64,000 nucleotides of DNA. It comes from Octopus sinensis. Lineage: Eukaryota. The stretch's first letter is position 1. Every line of letters begins with the position of its first letter. The position numbers and the translations under genes are program-made. Positions 27,601 to 41,211 of the stretch are shown here, one piece after another. The stretch covers positions 74,834,001 through 74,898,000 of the forward strand of contig NC_043002.1 in the NCBI RefSeq assembly GCF_006345805.1, written 5' to 3'. The notes below the pieces were generated by a model. That model searched no databases and was not told the origin of the DNA. It worked only from the letters and a program-made list of their open reading frames with translations.

Positions 27601-28008
27601 TCAACATCAATGGAAAGGGTAGCTGTGATACCAGTGCCGGTGGCACATAAGAGAACCATCCGAATGTGACCATTGCCAGTGCCACCCCAACTGGCTTCCG
27701 TGCCGGTGGCACGTAAAAAGCACCATCCGATCGTGGCCATTGCCAGCCTCGCCTGGCCTCCGTGCCAGTAGCACATAAAAAGCACCATCCGATCGTGGCT
27801 GTTTGCCAGCCTCGTCTGGCACCTGTGTCGGTGGCACGTAAAAAGCACCCACTACATTTACGGAGTGGTTGGCGTTAGGAAGGGCATCCAGCCGTAGAAA
27901 CATTGCCAGATCAGACTGTGCCTGGTGCAGCCTTCTGGCTTCCCAGACCCCAGTTGAACCGTCCAACCCATGCCAGCATGGAAAGCTGACACTAAACGAT
28001 GATGATGA
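27601..28008 (+). mobile_element. RTE-tailed SINE with four ~60-bp tandem units
   Basis: Four gtgccggtggcacgtaaaaagcacc-type units; tail ccatgccagcatggaaag...(gat)n. Confidence 0.9.
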
Positions 28009-28279
28009 TTTACAGCAATGACCGTGTTGACATTATTTTCTCCATTTCTGGAAAGTGTTCATGTGAGATTTTGGTGTTAAATTTTGTCTGTCTGTATGAG
28101 TGTGAGTTTTGTGTTTGGATATCCCTTCATTTGACATTGGTAGTATTTGTTTGCTGATTGGTGGTGATATGTATGCTGATTTGCACATTTTCATCTGTCA
28201 ACCTTTTATTGTTCAACTGATGCTCTAGCTGTGATTACTGGACTTATTTGGATGTGTGTGTGATATCTAATGTATTTAG

Positions 28280-28565
28280 GGCTGAATTTTCCAGTACGTC
28301 TTCTCATTTCATGGGAGATTTGGCTACCAAGTCTAGCAAGTTAAATCAGCTGATGAGTGTCTTCAAACATGCCAGTAGTGAAGGAGGAGAAACTTGTTTA
28401 AATAGGATGACTTGTGCTGCAGATATATCTATACTATTACCGAAATCTCTATTGACTCAGAGAATTCACCGCCATTTATTACTATCATTGTCACTGTTAC
28501 CGTCACCACTCATGACATCACTGTTACCACTATCACCACTACCACCACCATCACCACTGTTGTAG
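28280..28565 (+). CDS. candidate longer terminal exon XAEFSSTSSHFMGDLATKSSKLNQLMSVFKHASSEGG...PPPSPLL*
   Basis: ctaatgtatttag|g gct gaa; ~95 open codons in phase 2; the 3' part is low complexity. Confidence 0.3.
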
Positions 28566-29306
28566 TTATGTAGATCCTATAGGGGGAGAAAAAAAAACAT
28601 TAGCTGGTAGTGTTGAAGATGGTGTACATAAGTTTTACTTTAAAATGACTAGTTTCACATAGCCAAGAGCATTTTACCACTTCAGGCATAAATACTTTAT
28701 ATATTTTTTATTCTGCATTGATGTATTATTACAACTACTACTACTATAACTACTACCACCACCACCACTACTGCTGCTGCTGCTGCATTTGGCTCTTATT
28801 TATTTTCTGTTTGTATATTCATTTTATATATGCTTCCCTATATATTAACTGTTTTCCTTTTTATTCTCTATGTGTTTCTTTATATAGAAATGTATTGATT
28901 GAAGTAGCATTTACTTCTATTTGGTGAAATAACAAGTTGAGGACTTGACATCGAAGTATAAGTATGTGTGTGCACACGTATATTTTCATTCGCACATGTG
29001 TGTGTGGGGTGGGTGGGTGGGTGGGATATAATGCATGCATGCAATGATGGATATTATGAAGTTTTGAATACGCTGTCGCTGACATTACAGACAAGAAACT
29101 TGTTGTAATAATGTAAACTTAACAGAAATTTTGTACGTGTAAGTGGATGGTTGTTGGTGGCAGTGTTTGTGTGTGTGCATGTGTGAAGAATTAGATAAAT
29201 ATGAAGTTCTGCAAGTATATTAGAAGCGCCCCCCCCCTTTTTTTTGCTATCTCAATAGTTGTAATATTTTTAGTAAAGCAACTGACTTACATCAGTCTTT
29301 CTTCAG

Positions 29307-29325
29307 ATATTGCATAATAGTTTAG
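29307..29325 (+). CDS. candidate alternative terminal exon XYCIIV* (CaaX-like / class II PDZ)
   Basis: ctgac...tctttcttcag|a tat tgc ata ata gtt tag; in-frame upstream acceptor at 29259. Confidence 0.45.
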
Positions 29326-29694
29326 ATGAAAGTAGAGTGCACTGTGAAGGAAGACTACTGTAATGTTTTCCACAGTTTCTCTAGAGAATCTTAATAGATA
29401 CTATGGCAGACATGGATTGTCTTTTATTTGTAGCCGTTATTACTCATTGTGGCATCCGTGGTGTGAAGGAAAGCTTGTGGAGAGCTGAGTCTACAATTAA
29501 GTCTTAGTCTACACATTTCGTGTCACATGTGAGTGTAACACTCTTTAGAAATGCAGTGAAATGCAATTTCATCTCTTCTGTTGATCTGAGACCTTGTGTT
29601 TTGTAAGGAATTAATTTATGGTGTGATTAGTTTACATGGGAATCAAATTTAATACCTTGTTGATTTATTAACCCTTTCTTGTTACCATATGAAG

Positions 29695-30105
29695 GGCGCA
29701 AACATAGCTTAGTGGTTGAGATACTTGTTTACCAACCATGTGGTTATGAATTCAGTCACACTGTGTGGCATCTTGTGTGAGTGTCTTCTGTTATAGTTCT
29801 GGATCAACCAAAGCCTTGTGAGTGGATTTGGTAGATGAAACTGAAAGAAGCCTACCGTGTGTTCATGTGTGGTTGCATGTACCCTTGTCCCAACATTGTG
29901 TGATGGTTGTAAATGAAGAATGACTGTCCTACAAACAGTGATGTTTGTTTCTTGTCTTCTGTGAAAACCATGTCTGGTCAAGGGGGAATATTGCCTTACT
30001 TGAAGGTTCATGACAGGAAGGGCTTTCTGCCATAGAAAACCTACCTCAATGAAGGGTATCTAACCTATACAAGTATGGAAAAACCAGCATTGAAATGGTG
30101 TTGAT
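29695..30105 (+). mobile_element. tRNA/CORE-head SINE with RTE-type tail
   Basis: Head like 6371; tail gacaggaagggc...gtatggaaaaa. Confidence 0.75.
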
Positions 30106-31241
30106 AATTTATGGTAGGATTCACTGTCCATGCGCAATTTAGCACAAAAAAGACAAAAGCCTATTTATTATTAAACTTGTTTGGAACAGAACTTTGAAAA
30201 CAAAAAATTTTCTTTAATAAAATAGAGCAGGCTTAAGCGTAAATACCAACACTTGGCTGGTTTTTATATGTATCACAGAACCAAAGGCCAGTGTCAGGTA
30301 GTCTGATGTCAAAAGTGTTAAACCTGGACCTGTCATATGCACTGCATTGAGTACTATTTTGTTGAATGGTTGATACTTGGAAGATCATATACCAAATAAC
30401 AGTTCACACTGTAACATGGAAAAACCAGATGATGATGATGATGATGATGATGGCAGTGGTGGTGGTGGTGGTAACACTTGCCATAATTTTTTCCTTGTTC
30501 TGCTTATTGCATTTGGCAGTAGTTTTTCTCAAGATTGGAGGCCCTGAAATTCGGACATCACTGTAACAGAATGTGACTGATTTTATTTCGGCTTCAGTTA
30601 CACTTACTTTTCTTACTTGTCTAAGATTCCTATTCTTTCTGTGACGGTTTATTTCAGATAATCTATTTTTCTAGATTGGTTGGCTTTTCCATGGCATAAA
30701 GAACATTGCTCCTGCATTGAATCTAGAAAAATCATTGACTAGTGAACAAACAAACAATAAATACATATATGTCCATGTTACTTTAAGGTTTTAGTTTCTT
30801 ATTTTTTTGTATGCAAACGTTCCACACATAATATCCTTTGCACAATAGACATGTGATACTTCTACATTGATTTACTCTTGCTCTTCTCTCACTTTTTTTG
30901 TTGTTGTTCTCTATGTATTACAATATATTCTTTTCATGAAGAGCAAGTCGACATAGATTCTCCTAATTTGTAGGATTCAGAAAAACCTAAAAAAGAAAAA
31001 AAAAGATAAAGTTTAACACTTTTTTATTTAAACCTGAACATAAAAATGATAAAACATGGGATTCGTTCTCATTGAAAGCAAAGGTTGTCTCCATCATTTA
31101 CTTCTTTATTTTCAAATGTGTTTTACAAGTAACAAATAACTAATTGGTTAAGTGCACTTTATACACAGTTCTTTCTCTATAAAATTGTTTATGATCCTTT
31201 TGAACATACAGTTTACTTGGTTGTCACCTTTGTTGTCACAG

Positions 31242-31275
31242 GATTTTCTGCATGTTTCCTCTCATCCAAATTTAG
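31242..31275 (+). CDS. candidate alternative terminal exon XIFCMFPLIQI*
   Basis: cacctttgttgtcacag|g att ttc...caa att tag. Confidence 0.3.
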
Positions 31276-31318
31276 AGGTTTTGATATTATTATTATTATT
31301 ATTTATTATTATTATTAA

Positions 31319-31785
31319 TGGTGGCAAGCTGCCAGAATCATTAGCACACCAGAGAAAATGCTTCACAGTATTTCATCTGTCTTTACGTTCTGAGTTCAAA
31401 TTTCACTGAGGTTGACTTTGCCTTTCATTCTTTTGGGATCGATAAATTAAGTACCAGTGAAACATTGGGTCAGTGTAATTGACTAGTCCCCTCCCCCAAG
31501 ATTTCAGGCCTTGTGCCTTTAGTAGAAAGGATTATTATTATTATTATTGTTGTTGTTGTTGTTGTTGTTATTAGAAAAGGAAGAGCTGGTAGAATCATTA
31601 GGATACTGGACAAATGCTTAGTGGCATTTTGCTCTGAACTCAAATTCCATTGAGGTCAACTTTGCCTTCTTTCCATTTGGGGTTGATAAAATAGGTACCA
31701 GTTGAGCACTATGGTCATTGTAATCGACTTACCCTGTCCCGTCCCCTGAAATTGCTGGCCTTGTGTCAAAATTTGAAATCATTGT
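31319..31785 (+). mobile_element. two tandem Meta-domain-like SINEs
   Basis: Each has gagctgg.agaatc..tag and a gcctttcattc..ttggg.tcgataaa..aagtaccag-like motif; separated by (att)/(gtt) tails. Confidence 0.85.
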
Positions 31786-33342
31786 TATTATCAATATTAT
31801 TATTATTATTATTTGAGTAGGATTGGTCAGACATACATTTTGCTGATTGGTTTAAAAAAAAAAAAAAATCAGATCATACAAGTTATATGCTGGTCAGTTT
31901 ACACTAATGTTTTGTGAATGCTGTTCATCGGAAATTAGGGTTATTATTTATGATTACTGTTTGACCTCCTTATTAACAAGACAAGCACTATTTTTAAATG
32001 CTTGTTATCAGGCATTGAAAACATGGCAACTAAGACAAAGTATGCTCCTAAAATTTCATTCTGAAAAAAAAAAAAAAAGAAAAAGATAACACAGACATTT
32101 ATACTTAAAAGCTACACAGGAAAAAAAATGCAATTTTCAGAGCAAAGTGCATGTTTTAATGCACAAAATAGTGTTACTCAAGATTTTAACAGAATAAATA
32201 TCCTCTTTTCTTGAGCTGCTCGCAATAAAGAAATTTCAGATTTGCTGTGACCATCCAGGAATAAGAATATGGAGCCAAAACACACACAAAAGCTTAGGCT
32301 TTTTATTCAAAAAGTGAGATTAGAGAAAAGTAACTTCCCTCTACTTCACAGATGGAGGGAATTTTCAGTTGTACCCAGAACATTTGAAGAAGGCTCTTGC
32401 CATTGTGATTTTCATTGACCTGGGCAGGATGTATGAAGATGTTTGTATGATTTTTGAGGTTGCATTATTTCCCTGCTCTCAGGCTTGTACTACAATGTAT
32501 TAATCAGTAGAACAAAAGAGTAACAGTCAAGCACATTTGAAGTGATACTGTCCTTTTAGCTTTTTGTCACCTTTGTTGCACAATGCAGGCAGTTAGTGAG
32601 TGGTAACTAAAAAACACCATACACTGAGCAGGAGTCAAGCCACAGGACCACCTTGAATCTATGCCCTATTATGGGCATGGAATGAAAAGTTTAACTAATA
32701 CATGTGTAGCAGTAAGGGCCATCTGTGAGGTTACTGTTTGGTGTGCTCACTCCTCCTCTTGCCAGATTGAACAGCAAGCAGCAATAGAACCAGCAGTAAC
32801 AACAGCAGTTTCAGGAATTGCTGTTGTCACAACACCACTAGTTACAACTTCAAGGATGATTGAAAAACATTCCTCCTTGTCAGGACTAGAAACAAACTAT
32901 TTAGGTTCTCTCTCTTTTGGCTACATCTAGCAGTATTTACCCATCATCTTGTGACAAAGAATGAACAAAGATGGTAAACTGTGAGGGCCAGTACAAAGAG
33001 TGGGGGTTTAAATGCCTCATGCTATTTATTTGGACTCTTTAAGTTCTGAGTTCAAAATCCTGTTGAGGTTGACTTTTGCTTTTTATCTTTCTGGGGTCAA
33101 TAAAATACAGTAAAAGTCAAATACTGGGGTTGATTTAATCAATTCACATCTCCCCTTAAAATTACTGTCATTGTGTTAAAATTAGAAAAAAAATTGTTTT
33201 TTTTAAAAATCTTACTTTGATTTAATAGTTGTAAAGTGTTAAGTTTCTATTGAGCTATAGTGTCCATGGATTTGCAATTTGTGTATGAGAAATCCTTATT
33301 ATTTAGCTTTGTTTTCTCTATTTAATTCTTATGTGAAAACAG

Positions 33343-33373
33343 TTATTCTTTATACAAATGTATTATCCTATGA
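33343..33373 (+). CDS. candidate alternative terminal exon XYSLYKCIIL* (CaaX)
   Basis: ttcttatgtgaaaacag|t tat tct tta tac aaa tgt att atc cta tga; textbook geranylgeranyl-type CaaL. Confidence 0.5.
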
Positions 33374-33706
33374 ACTGTTTATTCCTACATCCTGTAACTT
33401 AACCACATCATGTATCACACACGCACACACACACACACAAAACCAATAGAATCCTCAATGTCAATATCCTGAAGGGCCTAAATGAAAGAAACAAAATGAA
33501 ATGTAGTAAACACACTGAGGAGAAAACAAAAATCTATACTAAAAATAAAAAAAGTTTCTAAAAAAGAAAAAGGATAAAAAAAAAATTACCCCAAAGATGA
33601 TGTATGAAAGCAATGTAACTATGAGAAAAAGGAAAAAAAGAAAAGAAAAAATATTATTGTTTTCCTTCCAACTTTAATTAGAATGTTTTTCTTGTCGGTA
33701 ATGAAG

Positions 33707-33782
33707 TAGCTTCAATCATGCAGTCCCCAAAACAAGCACGGGTTGGTTGTGCAAATTTCCATACGCTGCCGATATTATTTGA
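33707..33782 (+). CDS. candidate alternative terminal exon XSFNHAVPKTSTGWLCKFPYAADII*
   Basis: NAGNAG acceptor (aag|tag|); CpG-rich unique stretch; D-x-I end. Confidence 0.35.
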
Positions 33783-33809
33783 TTGGATCAGATGCAATTG
33801 ATTAAAGAG

Positions 33810-33880
<71 letters not shown>

Positions 33881-34246
33881 AATAATAGAAAATGAAACAG
33901 AAATAAAAAGAAAGCAAACAAATAGAGCAAAGAGACATTTTATTTAACACAGAAATTATAACAACAAAACACCAAGATCACACTTGCTGAGTCGATTCTG
34001 TATGAAGTAATAAGTAACATTTTTATTACCTTACTAAACGATGCTTTATTTTTAATTCTTTTTTAATTTCATTTATTTTTTTTTTACCCTTTCATTCTTC
34101 ACCCTACCCCCATCCATTCCATTTATGTTATTCCTTTATTTTGTGTTTTCCTATATGTGTGTGTGTGTGCGTACACAATATACATACACAAATATATTAA
34201 TTTTTTTTTTTTATATTTATGTCTTTAATTTACTTCATGTTGCAAG

Positions 34247-34376
34247 AAGTGGTGCCGGAGGAGCTGTCTGTATTGATATGAGTTTCCTTTATAATTGGTA
34301 TTGGTATGCCTTATCACCACATATACTGCTGAATATAAAATATTCAGCTATAATGGTTTGTTGCTGGCAATTATAA
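34247..34376 (+). CDS. candidate terminal exon XSGAGGAVCIDMSFLYNWYWYALSPHILLNIKYSAIMVCCWQL*
   Basis: ttacttcatgttgcaag|aag|; open phase-2 frame; Cys at -4 and -5. Confidence 0.35.
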
Positions 34377-34469
34377 TTCCTTTTTTTTTTTCTTTAATTT
34401 TCGGACAAAGCAATTACGTTAGTAAGTGCATTGTGTTAATGAAAGATGAGTGTAATTGATGAAAACTAT

Positions 34470-34533
<64 letters not shown>

Positions 34534-34994
34534 TATACATACACAAACAAACAAAATGAGCAACAAAATGAAAATATATTGAGGATGGTGAGAGAAAAAG
34601 AAACTGTAAAATTTGCCAATAATCTTCATTCCTCAACTCTGTCCGCTGTCTCCCACACACCTCTTCCAATATTATTGTGCAATAGTGGAATATGTCTTAT
34701 GGACTATTTATTTACATAACACTTCTTTCTTAATTTTCCTACATTTGTGAAAGAATAATAGAAATGGCTTGGAAATTATGAATGGTTTTCAGTCTCATTC
34801 ATTCAATATAGATGTTCATTTTGAAACAAGCTGTACATAAATATGTGTATACATCTGTATACACACATACACATGTATGTTTATACATTTATGAATGTGT
34901 GTGTGTATTTATATATATATTTATTTACACATACACACACACGCCTCTTTACTTACATCACTGATTGCAAGTCGTTCTTTTTGCTTTGCTCCAG

Positions 34995-35076
34995 GCTCAG
35001 GCCAGCTCTGATCAAAGGCAAGCATTTCAGTTACAATTATCCCATCATCGTGTTTCTTTCTAGACAATCTATTTAG
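34995..35076 (+). CDS. candidate terminal exon XLRPALIKGKHFSYNYPIIVFLSRQSI* (short form XQSI* from 35064)
   Basis: Strong acceptor ttctttttgctttgctccag|g; second in-frame acceptor tttctttctag|a. Confidence 0.45.
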
Positions 35077-35687
35077 GACTACATTATCTAACGCATCTAT
35101 CAATTTCTGCGTATCACATGTAATACAAAAAACTTATTTCTTTGGTCTCCATGCATCCTATAATGAAGCACATCCCTAATTGTTTTCAGCTACTTGAGTA
35201 TTACTCAGAACATATGAAACAGGGACTAGCTGAAAGTCTGAAAACCAGCATGAATGATTTGGACAAATTTATGAAAATGCTTTGTATAGGCAAAGGATTA
35301 TGGGAATAGGTGTGATTTGTTGGAGATTTGGTTATTTCATGAATAGTACATGATTCGATTGAAAGTTGCTTTTATTGTTCAGTCCCTGATCGGCCTTTAT
35401 TGACAAGTCCTATCATCAGTGATGTTCTAGCTGTGACTATCTTATTTTTTTTTTGTACATCAAGGACTACTAGTATTTCAAGCATGGTATTTCCCCATTG
35501 GCTTATATTGTTGCAGGCTTTCCATACTGGTGTGGGTGCCATACCTTTGTAAATTTGAGTATGTTTTGTTTCCTGTAATTTACCCAATGAGAGTTCTAAT
35601 TTCAAATCCTTAACCTTTATACTAGAGTTAAGGACAAAAGCCTTGTGAGTAGATTTGGATGATGAAAAATGAAAGAAGCCCATTGTA

Positions 35688-35804
<117 letters not shown>

Positions 35805-35980
35805 GTTTTATAGCTGTTATCTCAACATGTATTTCTATTCGGTTTATCAATTTTATAAATTAATTATCTAAAGATTTCTGAATCGAAACAGCTGTCAGAG
35901 ATGTCGTCATATTTTATAATTGATAAATAATTTTATTAATTACGTCTTCATTTTCTCCTTATTCTTGATATATATACACA

Positions 35981-37319
35981 CTAGCAGTAAAACCCATCGT
36001 TGATCGGGTAATTACTTTTACTGTTTATCGGGAGCCACATTGAATATATTATTATATGTATAGTTTACTCCTCCTGTATGCATGCATTTTTAGAAGCGAA
36101 AACTATGTAATTATTGAAGTGGAAGAAACTTCAATATCATTATTTGTTGGCTATCTGCAAGTCTGTTTGCTGTTTCTTGTGTTGTTTCTTGCATATATGA
36201 TGCTTTTTGAAGACGATCAGCTGCAAGTCCTACATGTCCTTTGTCTTTGTTTTCTTCTTCATGTTGTGCTGCCATTCTATGTTTGCTGTCTGCAAGTCGT
36301 GCATTTTGTTGATGTTCGGTTTCAGATGCAAGTCATGCTTATTTTCTCTGTCACTGATCTACAAGCCTTGTGCCTGTCTCATTGTCGTTTTCTGATGCAT
36401 GTTGTGCATTTGTTTAGGGCTCGTTTTGTGACTGTCTGTTTTTTATGAGACATTTTTGATAATAAATATTAGTAAGTAATAGTGAAATGAAATTTGGATG
36501 CTATGTCACAGTAATTCAGGGAAAATAGGTATATCATATAGAAGAATAGCTTAAGGGAAGGATAAATGTGTTTGATAAGGAATATCAGTAAGTTGTAATG
36601 AAGTGAAAGTACAAATGCTGTGTGAATATCAGTAAATAATAGTGAAATGAATTTACAAATGCTGAATGGTGTCAGTGGTTTGCTGAAATTCCGACGCTAT
36701 ATTACAGGAATGCAGGGCAAGGCGTTGTGTGGTTGTCTTTTTGTTGGTGTGTCAATTTTCGTTTCGCTGTGAATTTGTGCCTGTGTGCGTATAGCTTCAC
36801 TGTCAGATTGTCTCTGCTTATGTGAAAGAAATGTGTATATCTATATCTGAATGGAGAAGTTAGAAAAATAGGTATATCTGAAACACGATTGAATATACAT
36901 GTATGTGTATGTGTGTGTTCTTTTAAAGAGAAAGAAACAGACAGATAAAATAATAGTGGTGCCATTTCTTTAGAGTTCCGTTCTGCTGGTGAAAGTGGAC
37001 AAAACACCCACTCTTATAATATTCTTTTATCTTTTCATTCCTTTTACATTTTACTTGCTTCAGTCATTAGATTGTGGCCATACTGGGGCACTGCCTTGAA
37101 GAATTTTTAGTTGGATGTATTGACCCAAGAATGTTTCTTTATTTTATTTTTACTTGTTGCAGTCATTAGAGAGAGAGAGAGAGAGAGATTTAATTGTGTA
37201 GAACAGACAATCCTTGAATAAATATATATGGTGTGGTAGTTGTCATTATCTTGAACACTGACCATTCTTGCCAGGACAATTTCCGGCCAAACAGAAAGAA
37301 AGAGAGAGAGAGAGAGAGG

Positions 37320-37367
<48 letters not shown>

Positions 37368-37545
37368 AAAGGTGTTGATTCTTTGAAAATTCTGGTACTT
37401 TAGCTCTGGTCACACCATCATCAACATTATGATCATCATAGTTAAAATGTGAAAAAGGACAAAACACTCAAGCTTATAAATGAGAAGGTGTCTGAATTAT
37501 GTTTTGTGGGATAAACAGACAGATAGAAATTCTTTTATATATATA
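35981..37545 (-). mobile_element. decayed non-autonomous Helitron
   Basis: Minus-strand 3' end CTAG (35981-35984) preceded by a hairpin (acccgatcaacgatgggt). 36150-36420 translates with stops as SETEHQQNARLADSKHRMAAQ-type repeats like Helitron Rep N-termini. The far boundary is approximate. Confidence 0.6.
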
Positions 37546-37553
37546 TGTGTGTG

Positions 37554-37601
<48 letters not shown>

Positions 37602-39593
37602 TAATCAGGAAAGATAACTGCCCCACACTGAGTGAGATCACCATACTAGTCTAGTTTTGCTTAAAATTGAAGCTCATCAGTGGTGACTATTCCACTGCTG
37701 GATGTCACCCACCACCTCTTGACAATTAGTCTTGATATGTTTACATTTCTGTAACTTAGCAGTTGAGGAAAAGAGACTGATGGAATAAGTACAAACCATA
37801 AAAAAAAAAAAGTATCGTTGCTGATTCATGCAGCCAAAACTGTTCAAAGTGGCATATCCCATCATGGTTGTTTGTAGTCTAATGACTAACAAGCAAACAT
37901 CAGAAGATATGTAAGCTATAAAAAAGTATATTCTATTCATCTTCTACATTGTACCTCAGTTTCAAATTCAAACTTCTAATCCTGCCAAATATTATACAGA
38001 AATATGCCCCCCCCCTCTCTCTCTCTCTCATTTGCACTAAGTGGCCACCAGAGAATACAATGTACTACTTACAGGTTTACAGTGTGTATAAATTTTCAGA
38101 ATTATTGTAGACTAGTTGTTCATGCTGGTGAGGATTTGTGAATTTGATAGTTTACATTGAAGCAAATGAATAGTTTTAAGTATTGCAGTTTAATGAATAT
38201 AACAAATTTAAAAAATTTTGTTTTGCTGATAACAAAATGGATTTATAAAACGGATTTGTGTGTTGCAGAATTGTTGAATTTATAATATGGACATGATGAG
38301 TCTAGTTTGTGATTCCATGTCAATCTCTAAGGAAGAACTCTCAGTGAAATATCTGCTGTAATATGAGGTGAGTGAGGAGGGAAAAGTATGGGATATGCTC
38401 TGTTTGTAATGGAGACTTGTTTAGCTTGACTAATTTGATAGTTGGGAATTCTCATCTGGTTGTTATTGATCAAGAGTATAGTATAAATTTTAGTGTATGA
38501 TGAATACTAGACACAACACTGTATTGGAGTTGTGATAAATTAGTAACCACATTAGATAGTGATCAAAGAAATCTCAGACCTTTGTACTTTGGAGAGAAAA
38601 AAAAATCTGAGAATTTAGTATAAACAGAAATTTGGTGTTAATGGTGATAGAGGCTGCTAGCATGGAAAGAAAAATACATTAAATATATTAAAATAATAGG
38701 TTATTTAATGGCTGGGAATATCAGTTCTTGATATGGCTGGAACTTTAGAAAATTTGTTTGAGCACTAAATATGTTAAGGTTATGTCTATCTTGCGAATTG
38801 GATTAGAACAATGTTTTACTAAGTAGTTAGTGTGGTTGTAATTATTATAATTTGTTACCATGACTAATGAAGTAAGTAATGATTTGGGACTTTTGTTGTT
38901 TTTTATTCTGGGAAATAGGGGTAAAAAAAAAAATCGAGGGGTTCTCTTGGTTACTGCTCTTTTCTTGTGAAAAAAGAATAATAAATGGTCAAAAGATATA
39001 ATCACTGTCCTTTTGGACACCTAAGAGAAACATTATGTAAATTCTTTTTTATGCCATTGATGATGGATGAGGTAATGTTGATGATGATGGTGGTGAGGAG
39101 GATAAGAAAAATGATGATGATATGTATATGATTAATAGTTATGATAGAGCCAATCTACAGATGATGATTATAGTTGATGCTAATGATAGTTACTGGGGAG
39201 GGGTTTAGTGCTGGTTTGTCCAGATGGTAATAATATTTGTTACAATTTTGAAGGTAATGATTCTGATAATAGTTGTGTCTGTGTGTGTGTGTTTTTTTTT
39301 TTAATGGTGATAACGATAATCATAGTGGTGCTGGTTCTTATGACCAATTTTCAATTTGAAAGTTTTTGTAGTAATACTTGTAATTATGAAGTTGTGTTTT
39401 GCTGATCATGGTGTTGGTTCAATGCTCATGATGGCTTCCCACCTCCCAACTCTCCTGCTCTTTGCTTTCGCCTGCCTGGTTTGCTCATTCTGTTGTTTTA
39501 TATGTTTGACTGTGTCATGGTGGTTTGTTCATATAGACTCAACCTAGTTAATCTTCTTAGTACCAAATTCTTTCCTTACATCTATATCACCAG

Positions 39594-39603
39594 CTTTATA
39601 TAA
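39594..39603 (+). CDS. candidate mini terminal exon XFI* (longer in-frame forms from 39537 and 39561 end TSFI*)
   Basis: ttctttccttacatctatatcaccag|c ttt ata taa; AATAAA at 39633. Confidence 0.4.
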
Positions 39604-39699
39604 AATGCACTGTTTCATGATTGAATGAACAAAATAAAACTACAGTTTTAAAACTCCTATTCCTTTAGGTACTTGTTTTTTTCTCTCCCCCATCTATAG

Positions 39700-39793
39700 C
39701 AGTCTGTTACAATACACATGGGTGAATTCTGCGTTGTGTACATGCATGATGGATCATTTAAATTTAGATGTTCTTCTCTTTGCAACTCTATAG
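39700..39793 (+). CDS. candidate terminal exon XSLLQYTWVNSALCTCMMDHLNLDVLLFATL*
   Basis: Strong acceptor ttttttctctcccccatctatag|cag|. Confidence 0.35.
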
Positions 39794-40211
39794 CATTGTT
39801 TCATCACTGTTGTTGTTGTTGTTTTTGTTGTTGGGGAGGGGTGGACAGTTTGTTGGTGTTGCTTAGGGATTCTATGTATATAGTAAATAGTATTATTTTT
39901 GTAAGTGATCTTGTTCATGCAGTGTCTACTCAGCATAAATAGCAATAGTATCTGGAATAAGAGAAAGTTCACTTGAATCCATTTTACAGGTGGAATTGTG
40001 CTTTGTTAGTCTTTCCAGCCATGGTGTATATACAGGAAGACAATTGATCTAAACATTAGTTCTTTGAAACTAAACTCTCAGGTTTATCCTTGGAGATGGA
40101 ACCAAGTAATTTTTTTTTCTCCTTAGTTCAGTAAACCTTATCAGTAGATCTGCCAAATTAATTATCTGTAACAGATCTGTAAAAATATTTTATTTATTTC
40201 TTGATGCTTTT

Positions 40212-40245
<34 letters not shown>

Positions 40246-41211
40246 ATGAGAGAGAGAAAGAGAATGTCCTCTACCCCCTGAGATATATATATATATATAT
40301 ATAGATAGATAATGATTTTCAAAATTTGGAACATACCTTATTGCTTCTATCCAATCAGATATATTACTTTAAATTTTGTATTACTGATAAAAGATTCTTA
40401 GTCAAATTATTTGTCAGTCATTCAGACTGGGACAAAGTTTAGTTAATGGAATTTAGAGACAGCTATGAATTTCTGAAAAATGTGACCAACATTCCTTCCA
40501 TATTAATTACTATTTGCAAATTCTAATATATTTAAGCTTGCATGAGAGGGAAAATGGTCAAGCTGATAGATTAGTGAACAACATGCCAAAAACCTGGTGG
40601 TTTGTGTCCTAACACCAAGCTGACATATATGACCATGGCTATTCTCATGGTTGAGTTCATGTAGATAATGTAATGCTACAGTAACACTATTGGATAGATG
40701 TTTTGTTGGGTTGCCGTGCTATGCTCAATTCTGCTTGCAGGAAAATTAAGTATAATATAGAGTTCTCCCATTCAAGAGAAGATTTAACTCCTTCATTTAT
40801 ACACTAAAAAAGCCAGCATTAAGCAGTGGCTCAGTGGGTCCTCATGGTTTAGCAAAGGTTTCTTTTTCATTTTGAAAATACTTATGAGTTGCATCTGTAT
40901 TCACAGCAGAGTCCTCTTAAATCTTAAAATTTCGTTAACCTAGTTCACTTAGGTATAATTCCTAACATCAGTTGATACCATTCAGTCCCAAGATCAAATC
41001 TCAACATATCTAAAAGCTCTGTCTACTTGACAAATTCTTCCCATATATATATATATATATATATCAAAATAGTCTTTGTTGGTTTCCCTCTGATAATTTA
41101 TTCAGTTATTTGGGTAAACTTTTAAAAAAATTGTCATAAGAGATAAAACAAATCCCCAAACTGTTTTTGAAAGTTTTGATAAAGCTAAATCCATCACACC
41201 ACAAAGAAGGT

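Noticed and set aside
32300-33000. ORF 32661-32930 as a gene
   Set aside because: No recognisable domain or consistent splice signals; probably decayed transposon sequence.
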